59,265 nt of DNA. Source: Neoconidiobolus thromboides FSU 785. Its lineage: Eukaryota > Fungi > Entomophthoromycota. The stretch lies in assembly GCA_025603075.1 (NCBI GenBank), contig MU626386.1:1-59265 (forward strand), written 5' to 3'. Shown in pieces: positions 46,310 to 57,663 of this stretch; the stretch's first letter is position 1, and every line of letters starts with the position of its first letter. The position numbers were made by a program, and so were the translations under genes. The notes beneath the pieces are model-generated. The model worked only from the letters and a program-made list of their open reading frames with translations, was not told the origin of the DNA and searched no databases.

Positions 46310-49300
46310 TTATTCTTTCCATTTGTTACTTTTCATCATTTTACAATAATAAGCTCTACTCATTTCCATTTCTTCTAACCCTTCGTATACTTTAGCCATC
46401 AAATAGAACGAAAATGAGTTTGGTTTCTTTAATTTATTAAACCATTCCTTAGCTATTGACCATTCTTCCATTTTAAAATTATAATAAATAAATTGATTAA
46501 TTATCATTGTATCCGGTATAATTCGATATTCCTTTATGAAGTATAAATAATATTCTTCCGCTTTTTGATGGTTATTATTGAAATGACATCCAAGTATGAG
46601 TTGGTGTAAACAATAATTATCTGGTAAATAATTGCTCTGCTTGGTTTTATATAAGTTTTCGATCTGAATTAAAGTAGTATAAATATTATTGTACTCTTGT
46701 TGCTGAGCTAATTGGGCCATTAATAGATTAACAACTTTATGACGAAAATAAAACCAGTTTGATTTATAACTTAGTATCTCTGGTAACAAATGTGTTATTT
46801 TGTCCATCTCATTAAGATAAAAATAAGCTTTTATAATAGCTGATAATAGAGTTTCATTGTTTAATATTATTCTTTTACTTTCAATAAAACTAACAATTAG
46901 TTTCAATTCCTTATTTAAATTCAATGTGATACTTTTATCTATTAATAATATCAATAATTGATTCATTGTATACTCATGTTCATTTGTAGCCCTATTTAAA
47001 TTAATTAGATTTGGATTTGTTATATTGTAACCTATTATATTCTCTTTATTAATTATGCTTTCATATTCATTATCTATATTATTAGTATTATTGTCTATTC
47101 TATTACTCTCTATATTATTATCTATGTCAATTACAATTTCCTTATTCTCAGTATTCCTGCTATTATTGTTTAAGTCTAAATAAATAAATTCCAAATGTTC
47201 GATAAGTTGATTTATAATAGAAATAAATACTTGTTGATTATTATGGTATTCCAATAATTTAATATTAAAATACTTTAATAAATAAAAATAAATAATGGGC
47301 TGATATTGAGTACTAGTGATAATCTTATTAAAATTAGTGTTACATTGCTGAATTAAATTGAGTAAATTGAACTCATTTTGTATAATTGTTTTTATAAATT
47401 GAAATAAGAAAGTGGGGCTAATTCTCAATTCAAAATTACAAATTAACTCAAACAACTTAAAATTCTTTGTTATTTCTTTTTGTTTCAATAACTTAATAAA
47501 ATAATTACTATCAATATACATTTGTTTCTTATATAAGCTATCTATGATATTTAACACTTTAGTATCCTGCTGATATTGGCTTAACTGCTCAATTAAGTAA
47601 TTTTGTAGTTTGATATCATACTTTAAAAAACCATTGTTGTTGTTATTGTTCTGTATTATCAACGATAAAAATAAGTGTTCTATTTTGTTCCACTGCTTAT
47701 TCTTAATATACTTTTGTACCTTATTAACATTCGAATAAACGGTCATTTCTTTGGTATTGTTCCCCCATGATTGATTATTTCTTTCAACTTCTTCTTCCTT
47801 AAAATAGTAATCTATGGTATCATAAGCCACAGGACAATATGAATCTATTTCCTGTTTAAAACTCAATAACATTTGAATCATACTCAAATCCTTCTTTTTA
47901 GAATAATGATCAATCAAAATATTGATTGTATAGATATCCATCAATTCCCTTTTTATTAAATAATTTGCATACTCCTCAAACATTCTCTCCTTTTTACTTC
48001 CATTATAATCATCATTCAACTGCATCAATTTTTTTAATATAATATTGTATATTACTATATTCTTTTTATTTATCACTGGCCATTCTTTAATATCAAGTTT
48101 TTTGAGCAAAGAGCTCTGATTTATTGTAAGTAGCTGATTTAGTAACAATTTCAGTGTTGGTTTATGACTATTATAAATAATAGCTAATAATTGATTTAAT
48201 TGAGAAATATTTGTAACTTGTTGAATAGAATAATAAAATAATAAAATGGTTGAAGTATTTGTTGGTACAACACCAAAATTTAAAAACAATCGTAAACAAG
48301 CTTCATTACAATAACTACTATTAATATCAATACTCAACTTCGCTAACCTATGTATTGTAACTGCGTTAAACTTTGTTTGATATTTTATTAACCTATCCAT
48401 CCATTCCTTGACAATAAGCTGTGGCAACTTAGCTTGGTAAAGTGCCTTTAATACACCATTAATGAACTGAACATCTATACTCTCCTCATCCTTAAAATAT
48501 ACTTCAAAATACTCTTCTGCTACCCTGAGCTTGCCTTGTAAAATGGAGCTTATAACTAAAGCATGCCGTATGCTATTCGGTATTCCGTTAAACCCCTTTT
48601 GAATTTTATCAACCATTTCCTCCACCTCTTGTAATTGATCCTTTGCCAACAAAATTTCAATCACATACTTTAAATTCTCAACACCAATAAATAGAGTACT
48701 ACATCCCTCCAGCAGTAATAATCGATAGTACTGAAATACTTTGTTGTTATCTAGTTTCTGATTCTGTTTATCAATCACTTTGAAAATTATATTATAAACA
48801 CTCGGTGGCAAAGGATGTTGAAATTTTTGTAGTATAGTGGTGTACAACTTCATACAAGGATCATATTCTTTTAATAAAAACAATACTTTCAACCATAAAC
48901 TATAATCCATTAAAGTCAACTTCCCTTCTTTTTCAAATGTTGTATTTGTAAATAAATTTTGTACTTTTAGTAAATTCTCCCGGCTTTTGGGATTACTATA
49001 TAATCGTTGTATCAATAAATGAAACTCATACAATTCTAAATGGTAGTCACTTTCTTTTACTAAACTATAAGCTTCGTTCACTTTGTTTTGGTGCAGTAAA
49101 TGATATACCCCATACTCAATCTGTTTTACTACTTCTTGATCTTCTATTTGGTGATTGATAACTAAATTCGTCGTTTTTCTTTTTATAGTCACACTAAAGT
49201 TAGATTTGGATCGGTTCACTGTTCTAGTTGAGTTGCTATGATTTATTAGAGTAAGCCCATTACTTGTTGAGTATAACTTTATCATCCTTATTATTCTTAC

Positions 49301-49318
49301 TAGTTTTAGTTGCTTCAT
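46310..49318 (-). CDS. Pentatricopeptide-repeat (PPR)-like protein, probably mitochondrial, 1002 aa
   Basis: Basic N-terminus; degenerate 35-aa motifs (PPSVYNIIFK, IVIYNIILKKL, DIYTINILIDHYSK, PDNYCLHQLILG, PDTMIINQFI, PNSFSFYLMAKVY). Confidence 0.7.
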   Translation of the reverse strand: MKQLKLVRIIRMIKLYSTSNGLTLINHSNSTRTVNRSKSNFSVTIKRKTTNLVINHQIEDQEVVKQIEYGVYHLLHQNKVNEAYSLVKESDYHLELYEFHLLIQRLYSNPKSRENLLKVQNLFTNTTFEKEGKLTLMDYSLWLKVLFLLKEYDPCMKLYTTILQKFQHPLPPSVYNIIFKVIDKQNQKLDNNKVFQYYRLLLLEGCSTLFIGVENLKYVIEILLAKDQLQEVEEMVDKIQKGFNGIPNSIRHALVISSILQGKLRVAEEYFEVYFKDEESIDVQFINGVLKALYQAKLPQLIVKEWMDRLIKYQTKFNAVTIHRLAKLSIDINSSYCNEACLRLFLNFGVVPTNTSTILLFYYSIQQVTNISQLNQLLAIIYNSHKPTLKLLLNQLLTINQSSLLKKLDIKEWPVINKKNIVIYNIILKKLMQLNDDYNGSKKERMFEEYANYLIKRELMDIYTINILIDHYSKKKDLSMIQMLLSFKQEIDSYCPVAYDTIDYYFKEEEVERNNQSWGNNTKEMTVYSNVNKVQKYIKNKQWNKIEHLFLSLIIQNNNNNNGFLKYDIKLQNYLIEQLSQYQQDTKVLNIIDSLYKKQMYIDSNYFIKLLKQKEITKNFKLFELICNFELRISPTFLFQFIKTIIQNEFNLLNLIQQCNTNFNKIITSTQYQPIIYFYLLKYFNIKLLEYHNNQQVFISIINQLIEHLEFIYLDLNNNSRNTENKEIVIDIDNNIESNRIDNNTNNIDNEYESIINKENIIGYNITNPNLINLNRATNEHEYTMNQLLILLIDKSITLNLNKELKLIVSFIESKRIILNNETLLSAIIKAYFYLNEMDKITHLLPEILSYKSNWFYFRHKVVNLLMAQLAQQQEYNNIYTTLIQIENLYKTKQSNYLPDNYCLHQLILGCHFNNNHQKAEEYYLYFIKEYRIIPDTMIINQFIYYNFKMEEWSIAKEWFNKLKKPNSFSFYLMAKVYEGLEEMEMSRAYYCKMMKSNKWKE

Positions 49319-50011
49319 TCCTCATCGTCTAATTTTTTCTTTTTTTTTCGTTGATATCCTTGTGTTATTATCTCTTTCTTTTTTAACTTTTATATAGTTA
49401 TGTTCTCCCTTTACTATTGCTTAATAAAAATTGATATCTTAACTATAGGTCATTTTACTGTTTTTGCTTTTTCCCATAACTTTACTAGGATTATAATAAT
49501 AGTGAATTTTTTATTGGTGGAAAAAATTGGATGAAGATTATCTTCAATTAGATTTTTTAAAATCTTGATTTAAATTATTTCTGCTATTGTACACTTTTAT
49601 TAACTAATGCTTCTTCCCAATAAACATAAAATAAATACGTAAAATATAATAAAACTAGTCTCTATATCAATAATGTTTTTTATTTATAAATTTATAATAA
49701 TAAATATTCTAATTCAAATGTAGTACTAAAATAACTTTCATTTATGAATTTATAAATCTTTAAAAGTTATAGTTATACAGGATTAAAAGCTATTTAAACT
49801 ATTTTATTGAAATATAATATATTATTTAAAACAGATCTAATTATTGCAAAAGTACAATTATATGAAACAATAAAATTTAAATTAATATACTGGCTAATAC
49901 TTTAATAAAATAAAATAAAATATCTATCAAAAGTACATTATAATAGCACTAATTGAATGTCAAATATTACATGTATAAACATGATAAAACCTATGCTTAA
50001 AAACTCTTCGA

Positions 50012-53000
50012 TTATTCGTAAAAACCCTTACTACCATTAGGTCCTGAATTATCTTCATCAGGATTTCTTCCCTTTCCAGATCCTCTACGACCACTAGAAT
50101 CAGCTTCACCTTCCGAGTTCTCTTCACTTGAATACTTACCCTTATTTCCACGTGAATTCATATCAGGTCCAGATGTACTTGGAGCAAAAGCATTTGACGC
50201 TTGAGCATTAAAAGCAAATGGTGAAGTAGGAGCGTAATTAGGAGAAGTTGGGGAATAACTTGGTGCTTGTTGATGTTGAGCGGGTGAGATAGGTGTGAAG
50301 CTAGGTGATTGAGGAGAATAACTTGGCGCTGGGAAAGCGAAAGATGGAGAGGTAGGCGAGTATGATGCAACACGTGGAGCATTAAGTGGTGATGCAGCAC
50401 GCGGTTGAGCAGTTGGGTTTGCAGAGTAACTTGGAGAACTTGGCGAATAAGTAGGTGAAGTTGGCGAATAAGCATTCGAACCTTGAGCTAGAGATGGAGA
50501 TGTAGGTGTATATGAAGGAGAAGTTGGTGAATAACCGACTTTAGAACCACCAAAAGAGCTTCCACCAATAGGTGAAAAGGCAGAGTTTTGTCCTATGCCT
50601 CGGGGTGAGGTTGGAGTATAGGACGGAGAAGTTGGAGAGTAATCAGGCTCATCACCTCTACCAGCATTATAAGAAGGGGAAGTAGGGTTATAAGTAGGTG
50701 AAAATGGTCTCTTTTGAGATGCACCAGCGCCTGAATAAACAGGGGATGTTGGTCTATAAGTATTTTGAGATGAACCTGGATTGAAGGATGGTGAAGCAGG
50801 TGAAAATTTAGGAGAACCAGGAATATAACTTGGCGAAGTTGGTGAGTAACCAGGACTAGAAGCAGAATTTCCAAAGTTAGGGTTTCTAGGTGAATATACT
50901 GGGCTATTTATAGCTCCAGGAGATGAACCAGGACTATATCCAAATGACCCACTATCAGTCATTGGCGAGAATTGAGCAGTTATTGGTGATGACCCATCGA
51001 AACTATCAAATCTTGGTTGATTGTTTCCAGGCAATGGAGTCATTTGAGCTGAGTAATCAACAGATCCAGAATATAAAGAGGCTCCATTGTATTCTGAAGC
51101 TCCTACACCGTTGTTTGGTATAACTACTTGATTAAGCATAGTTTCGTCCAATAAGAGATCAAACGAACCAGTACCCAATGGAGCAATTTGACCTAACAAA
51201 ATATTTTCGGATATACCAGTGCATTCATCATAATCTCCAGAAGCAGCAGCTTCTAAAAGGATTTCTACTGTTTCCTCAAAGGAACATCTCATAAGAGCAC
51301 TAGATTCGGTACGATTAATACCATGACGTGTAATGGCCATAATAGAACCACGAGAAGTCATAATATCACAAAGTAATGATAAATGACGGTAATTGACATA
51401 AGAACCACCACCCTCAATAACATGACGAAGCTCTCGAAGGATAGAATTACGAGCTGCTTCGATACCCAAAACTTCCAAGATCTCTACAATGTTGTTTGAG
51501 AAAGTATTTTTCATATTAACAACATCCATGGATAAGACTTCAAGTAAATTCGTACCACTAGTTTCCAAAAAGTATTCCTCACGTCTCTTAAATGAACCAT
51601 CGTCACTAATATAAGGGGTGTTTCTTGTTTGAATAAAAACACGACTAATGTCTGGTACACCTAACAAAGTGATTTCATCTAACATGCTACTTTCCAAGCG
51701 ACGTAAGAAAGTGTGGTCACTAATACCCGTTTCATCCACGTCATCATCGTCCATTTCTGATACATTATTAGAATCACCACCCCCAGAAGTAACAACACGA
51801 CAATGAATCACAAGCTGATCAGTAACCTCAGAAGGATAATAAGCAAACACTTGATTGTTATATTTTTTATGGATATGGTCTGCAATACCCTCAAGAGTAA
51901 GTGCTTTACCTAACATAATTTGAGGATTAAACTCAATTCTAAGCACCCAACAAGATAGATTTTCTTTAGTATAATCACCGGTAAGATAAGGATCGCTTAA
52001 AGCAGCAAGTTCTTGAATCCAATCTTCATCAGCCTCAATGTTAGTTTCCGTCAATTCTGGATCGAAATAAATTTCAGTACGTTCAGCCAATCTAGCCAAA
52101 TTACAATGTTCTAATTGAGATTGCGCAGCCTTTGCTTTTTCAAAATTGCTAGAATATTCTTCTTTTAGCGAAATGGTCATAGATGGAGTTTTAAGATTGG
52201 TAGCAACATTAATAATTTCCTTAAGACGTGGTACACCAGTAGTAGTATTATTAGAAACACCAGCAAGATGGAAAGTGTTAAGCGTCATTTGAGTAGCAGG
52301 TTCACCAATGGATTGTGCAGCAAGAGTACCAACCATCTCTCCTGGGTGAGCTTGAGCTTGATAAAATTTACGTTGAATTTCTTTAATAACATAATCAAAA
52401 GCTTCCGGTGTCAAATGGTATTCCCCTACTACTTTCTTAGAAGCTAAAAGTGAGCGAACCAATATCTTGAAAAGATAAGTAGCATTCTTATTTGCTTCAT
52501 CACTAAGATGATCATGACCACGGATAACTGTAAAAGAGTCTAAAAGTTTCTTAACTCCAACGATTACATCCACAGGATGGAGTGTAAACGGCTTATGTGG
52601 ACTACATTCAAATTGAATTTGAGCATTACGGATAAGACGTCTGATATTAACTGGCATTGGCCAGTTATCATCGCCACCTGGGAATATTTTGGTTTTCAAT
52701 TCTTTACGATCATCATATATTTGTTTAAATTCATCTTCCAATAAGACTTGAATATCAGGTTCATTCATGACTGTACCCATAAGTTGAGTATTAATGTTTC
52801 TATTCTTACCCAAACTGATGACACCATTCTTAATGTCTAACTTATATTTGGAATTGAATTCTGCATTTGACATACGAACGGTTTCAATCTTTTGCTTTTC
52901 AATAAATGCAGCATCCATACCATCTTCACCATAACAGAATTGCACTACTTGACCTAAAGCATTTCTTACTGTACCATCATATTTAACCATAACATCCTCC

Positions 53001-55588
53001 ATAGCCTTTACAAGACGACGTTGGATATAACCAGTCTCAGCAGTTTTAACAGCAGTATCAATTAAACCTTCACGGCCACCCATAGCATGGAAAAAGAACT
53101 CCTGTGGGGTCAAACCACGAATATATGAGTTTTCAACAAAACCACGAGCAAATGGAGTACGATCATTCTTAGTGAAATGGGGAAGTGTACGATTACGGAA
53201 ACCAAATGGAATACGCTTACCTTCAACATTTTGTTGACCAACACAAGCTGCCATTTGGGAAATATTAATAAAACTACCTTTAGAACCAGCAACTACCATC
53301 TGCTTAATATTATTGAACTCCGGTAAACTTCTTTCAGCAGCTTTACCAGCACCATCACGAGCAGAATTAAGAATGTTAGTAACTTTTGATTCGAATGTCT
53401 CTGGAACAGTAAGACCAGGTAAAGCTTCAAGTTTGCCGTTATTGGCTTCTCTGATTACTTGTTTTACTTCTTTTTTAGCCTTAGTAATGAAAGAGTTAAT
53501 AGTTGTCATTGTTGCATGATCAGCAATCATATCGCCAACTCCAATACTGAAACCGTGTTGAAGAAGCCAGTAGTTTACAACAGTTTGAGTACCATTAAAT
53601 AATTTCATACATACTTTTGAACCAAAATCATTCATTACTACATGGATTAAACCACCATTAGAACTACCAATAGTTCTTTTACATACGATACCAGTTACTA
53701 AATCCCCTCCTACAATTTCAACTCTGGTATCACCTAATGAAATATGACTATCTTCATCATCTGGGTGAGCAGAATGGAAAGAAGTTAAATTAACTCCTTT
53801 TGGAATAATTAAACTAAACACTTGTTTTCCAGTCCAAAGTGGAATAGGTTTATGGATACATGGCTGAGGAACACGCCCATCCCAATCTGGAACATGAAGA
53901 AGTAAATTCATCAACAGTTCTTTACCTACAAAGCAATCTCTCTTGGTAAACTTACGAATACCGCAAAGTGTATCTTGTACAATACCCATGACAGGTTTAT
54001 TAGCTTGAGGAGATACAATTTGTTTTGGTACCATACATAATTCAAGGATTTCAGCTCTTGACTCTTCTGATTGAGGTACATGCATATTCATTTCATCACC
54101 ATCGAAATCAGCATTATATGGGGATGTTACTGATAAATTCAATCTAAAAGTTGAGAATGGTAGGACTTTAATTCTATGTCCCATCATACTCATTTTATGT
54201 AGCGAAGGCTGACGATTGAAAATAACCACATCGCCATCGTTAATATGACGTTCAACAACGTAACCAATTTGAAGGGATACATTACCATTTCGAACATAAC
54301 GAAGATCAACACGTTCACCAGTATCACGCATAACATATTTAGCACCAGGATGAACGTTTGGACCATTGTTTACTGCTTTTTGCAAGCGGTTCATATTGAA
54401 AGCTGTTACAGTTTCAGGATAAGTAAGATTCCTAGCAATAGAACGAGGAACGCCAACTTGCTCAATCGAAAGGTTAGGATCACCAGTAATAACAGTACGT
54501 GCAGAAAAATCAACACGTTTACCCATCAAATTACCACGTAAACGTCCTTCTTTACCTTTAAGTCTAGCACGAATAGATTTTATGGGGCGACCAGACTTTT
54601 GAATTGCAGCTGGAACACCAGCGATATCGTTATCCATCATTGTAGCAGTATGGTATTGCAAAACGAATTCTAATTCATCAGAAATCATATTGTGAGCACC
54701 TACCTCACTCCCTTTCAATTGATCATTTGCTTTAATGATATCACCCAATTTATGAGTCAAATCATCTTCACCACGTCCAGAACCATCAATTGAAATACTA
54801 GGACGAACAGGTGGAGGTGGGACTGGAAGAACAGAGATCATATACCATTCTGGTCTAGCAAATTTACATGATAAACCCATTGTAATCAAATCTACTTCAG
54901 AAATCTTTTTGAAAATGTTGATTACTTTACTAGCAGTAATAAGTTCTTTGACATCAGCAGATTCTTCAGAACCTTTTTCTGCTTTATAATGGGCATAAAT
55001 TCTAAGAGATTCTTTCCGGTAAATAGGCTGTTTGGACCCACAAGGCATTTGAGCCATACGTCTAGAAGCTAAAGTATCTAGATTTTCACTTCCTTCTATA
55101 TTTTCACCTCCTTCTCTTCTAGATCTTGCGTCTCCACACATAGACTTACCTTTACAAATATCCCAAATCGCCTTAAATCTATTTTTAGGATTACGAATTG
55201 AAAGAGCTTTTTTAAAGCTAATATTTTCCTCATCAGCCTTGAGACGACCACATTTAATACAGACGCATTCTAAGACTTTCTTTACTTTAGTAATAAAACC
55301 TGGATGAAAAACTGGTCTTAAAAATTCAATGTGACCAAAATGCCCTGGACATTCTTTCATACTTTCACCGCAACTTAAGCATTTAAAATTACGATCAATG
55401 GTACCCATACGAGGATCTGAAAGACCTCCTTGCCTTGGCGCATGACCAGACTCGTCCATAACATACGGATGGACAACTTGCACCACTGACATTGCTTTGA
55501 TCTCCTCAGGAGAAAGGATACCAAATTGGACACCCTTTACCCGTCGAACAGGAGCAGGGGAAGGAGTAAAACCAAATTTGTTATTCAT
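50012..55588 (-). CDS. RPB1: RNA polymerase II largest subunit, intronless, 1858 aa, degenerate CTD
   Basis: CLSC..ECPGHFGH zinc site, NADFDGD catalytic motif, bridge helix DTAVKTAETGYIQRR, trigger loop QMTLNTFH, YSPTSPS-type heptads at the C-terminus. Confidence 0.99.
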   Translation of the reverse strand: MNNKFGFTPSPAPVRRVKGVQFGILSPEEIKAMSVVQVVHPYVMDESGHAPRQGGLSDPRMGTIDRNFKCLSCGESMKECPGHFGHIEFLRPVFHPGFITKVKKVLECVCIKCGRLKADEENISFKKALSIRNPKNRFKAIWDICKGKSMCGDARSRREGGENIEGSENLDTLASRRMAQMPCGSKQPIYRKESLRIYAHYKAEKGSEESADVKELITASKVINIFKKISEVDLITMGLSCKFARPEWYMISVLPVPPPPVRPSISIDGSGRGEDDLTHKLGDIIKANDQLKGSEVGAHNMISDELEFVLQYHTATMMDNDIAGVPAAIQKSGRPIKSIRARLKGKEGRLRGNLMGKRVDFSARTVITGDPNLSIEQVGVPRSIARNLTYPETVTAFNMNRLQKAVNNGPNVHPGAKYVMRDTGERVDLRYVRNGNVSLQIGYVVERHINDGDVVIFNRQPSLHKMSMMGHRIKVLPFSTFRLNLSVTSPYNADFDGDEMNMHVPQSEESRAEILELCMVPKQIVSPQANKPVMGIVQDTLCGIRKFTKRDCFVGKELLMNLLLHVPDWDGRVPQPCIHKPIPLWTGKQVFSLIIPKGVNLTSFHSAHPDDEDSHISLGDTRVEIVGGDLVTGIVCKRTIGSSNGGLIHVVMNDFGSKVCMKLFNGTQTVVNYWLLQHGFSIGVGDMIADHATMTTINSFITKAKKEVKQVIREANNGKLEALPGLTVPETFESKVTNILNSARDGAGKAAERSLPEFNNIKQMVVAGSKGSFINISQMAACVGQQNVEGKRIPFGFRNRTLPHFTKNDRTPFARGFVENSYIRGLTPQEFFFHAMGGREGLIDTAVKTAETGYIQRRLVKAMEDVMVKYDGTVRNALGQVVQFCYGEDGMDAAFIEKQKIETVRMSNAEFNSKYKLDIKNGVISLGKNRNINTQLMGTVMNEPDIQVLLEDEFKQIYDDRKELKTKIFPGGDDNWPMPVNIRRLIRNAQIQFECSPHKPFTLHPVDVIVGVKKLLDSFTVIRGHDHLSDEANKNATYLFKILVRSLLASKKVVGEYHLTPEAFDYVIKEIQRKFYQAQAHPGEMVGTLAAQSIGEPATQMTLNTFHLAGVSNNTTTGVPRLKEIINVATNLKTPSMTISLKEEYSSNFEKAKAAQSQLEHCNLARLAERTEIYFDPELTETNIEADEDWIQELAALSDPYLTGDYTKENLSCWVLRIEFNPQIMLGKALTLEGIADHIHKKYNNQVFAYYPSEVTDQLVIHCRVVTSGGGDSNNVSEMDDDDVDETGISDHTFLRRLESSMLDEITLLGVPDISRVFIQTRNTPYISDDGSFKRREEYFLETSGTNLLEVLSMDVVNMKNTFSNNIVEILEVLGIEAARNSILRELRHVIEGGGSYVNYRHLSLLCDIMTSRGSIMAITRHGINRTESSALMRCSFEETVEILLEAAASGDYDECTGISENILLGQIAPLGTGSFDLLLDETMLNQVVIPNNGVGASEYNGASLYSGSVDYSAQMTPLPGNNQPRFDSFDGSSPITAQFSPMTDSGSFGYSPGSSPGAINSPVYSPRNPNFGNSASSPGYSPTSPSYIPGSPKFSPASPSFNPGSSQNTYRPTSPVYSGAGASQKRPFSPTYNPTSPSYNAGRGDEPDYSPTSPSYTPTSPRGIGQNSAFSPIGGSSFGGSKVGYSPTSPSYTPTSPSLAQGSNAYSPTSPTYSPSSPSYSANPTAQPRAASPLNAPRVASYSPTSPSFAFPAPSYSPQSPSFTPISPAQHQQAPSYSPTSPNYAPTSPFAFNAQASNAFAPSTSGPDMNSRGNKGKYSSEENSEGEADSSGRRGSGKGRNPDEDNSGPNGSKGFYE

Positions 55589-56234
55589 TGCTTTGGTGTT
55601 TACTCTTTGATTTGATACCGTATCGTCTGTTTACTACTATACTATACTTTATTTATTATTTGCGTAGTATAGCTTTTGAACACAAAAGATGACCTAGCCT
55701 TTTAGTCCTTGTTCGTTTAAATTATCAAAACAAAACAAAGCTCCCCTAATTGGTTGCTTAAAACTTTGCACCTGCTTATTTGCTTATATTCTCATTATAA
55801 GCTTATAATTTATAATTTCAATTTCAAAATTAATGTGGGAATGTCTTTTTTCCTCTCAATTGATTATTCACTTTTTACGCTTAAATAAAATAAATTATTA
55901 GTAGATTAATAACAAAAATACATTGATGTATTAAACCAAATTTCCTGTATAGTTTAACGTAATATCTAAAATGTACTTTCACAGACTACGCTAGATACAG
56001 TTTCACTATCTAACTTATACATGAATTAACATATTTTGATAAAAAGATACTATAATCTCTATAAACAATAGTAAATAAAGGCTTAAAAAACTCAGAATTA
56101 AAATTCGATAATAAAAATATTTTTAAAGTTTCAAAAAAGCGCTATATTTTATTATTCAATAATAATTATTCACTTTGTTATTAAATAATATAATAAAACC
56201 CAGGAAGCTCTATAAAATCCAAAGTAGCCTTCTA

Positions 56235-57422
56235 TTAATAATCAATAATTTTCGAAGCAGCTTTTCTTAATCTGTTCATAACAGCAGTACCTAAATCTTT
56301 ATCTAATACACCTTGCATTAGAATATAATCCATGTTTAATTTATCCATTTCTCTCAATTTAGCAAACATATTTTTAGCAACGTCTTGAACGTCTAATCCA
56401 ATATACTCATAAAAAATTGAAAGATCGCTAAATTTGCTTTTGACTAATTCAATGTTCGAGATGTTTTCTTTTGTCAAAATGGCTATTTTGAGTTTATTAC
56501 CATTGCTACTATTATTACTATTACTAATTTCTTTTAATTCTATCTCTATCTTTTCACTCAATAATTTATTTTCTCTTGGGTCAAATAAAATAACTTTAGC
56601 ATCTGGTGAATAATGCTGGTATTTCATACCTGGAGTGGTGGGAGTTTGCTCAATACTATCGCTTTGTTCTTTAGTAAATAGTTCTCTCTTATAAACTCTA
56701 CTATTTTCAAATCCTTTAATAGTTTGAATTTGCTCTAATGTAATAGCACCTGGTCTCAACAAGATAGGTGGCTGACTTAACCCATCTAAAACTGTGGATT
56801 CTAGTCCGAAATCACATGCCCCTGCATCGATGATGTATTCAAGTTTTCCATCTAAATCATCTAATACATGTGAAGCTAATGTTGGACTAGGTTTACCACT
56901 TAAATTTGCTGAAGGCGCTGCTATTGGTACATCTGCCTTTTCTATAATTGCTCTAGCAACCGGATGACTTGGGAACCTTATAGCTACTGTAGATTGCCCA
57001 GCAGTTATTGATAAAGGTATTAATTCACTCCTTGGTAATAAAATTGTTAGTGGACCTGGCCAATATTTTTTTATCACTTCTTCATATACTGATGGAACAC
57101 CATTAGGCAATATTTTGTTTAACATTTTTAGACTTGAAATATGAACTATTAATGGATTATCGCTCGGTCTACCCTTGGCTTTATATATTTTGCTAATAGA
57201 ATCTGTGTCTAAAGCATTAGCACCTAACCCATATACAGTTTCAGTTGGTAATCCTATTAACCCATTACTACTATTTAAATATTTGCAAGCTTCTAAAAAT
57301 TCCTTAGGAAATTCTCCACCACAATAACTTGCTTCTCCAATTTCATTGAAATGTATATCTTTTGGATTTATACTTATAAGTTTAGTGTTGAACATTCTTT
57401 TAAAAACTCTATTAAAAAACAT
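56235..57422 (-). CDS. SUA5: Sua5 threonylcarbamoyl-AMP synthase (t6A biosynthesis)
   Basis: PTETVYGLGA, KGRPSDNPLIVH, WPGPLT, APSANLSG.PSPT, GLESTV, PGMKYQHYSP, AVMNRLRKAA. Confidence 0.96.
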   Translation of the reverse strand: MFFNRVFKRMFNTKLISINPKDIHFNEIGEASYCGGEFPKEFLEACKYLNSSNGLIGLPTETVYGLGANALDTDSISKIYKAKGRPSDNPLIVHISSLKMLNKILPNGVPSVYEEVIKKYWPGPLTILLPRSELIPLSITAGQSTVAIRFPSHPVARAIIEKADVPIAAPSANLSGKPSPTLASHVLDDLDGKLEYIIDAGACDFGLESTVLDGLSQPPILLRPGAITLEQIQTIKGFENSRVYKRELFTKEQSDSIEQTPTTPGMKYQHYSPDAKVILFDPRENKLLSEKIEIELKEISNSNNSSNGNKLKIAILTKENISNIELVKSKFSDLSIFYEYIGLDVQDVAKNMFAKLREMDKLNMDYILMQGVLDKDLGTAVMNRLRKAASKIIDY

Positions 57423-57663
57423 TATGAACTATTTTTATTCCAAAACTTAAAATGCAATTTTCGAAGATTGCTTAAATCAATTTTAGTTTAATTTGTAATA
57501 AATCATTTTTTGCACAACTTATCAGATATAGTGTATAATCATAATTTTATAATTTATATTCAGATAAATAATATAGTAAAAACAAGTTATCAAATTTTTG
57601 ATTTTTGAATTATGATTTTATTATTAGAGTATGTGAAATATTAAAGTAATAATTTTAAGTCTC

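Noticed and set aside
52950-53400. Possible amanitin-resistance substitutions in the Rpb1 funnel or bridge helix
   Set aside because: The relevant segments (ARD.AG, NISQMAACVGQQ, HAMGGREG) look conserved
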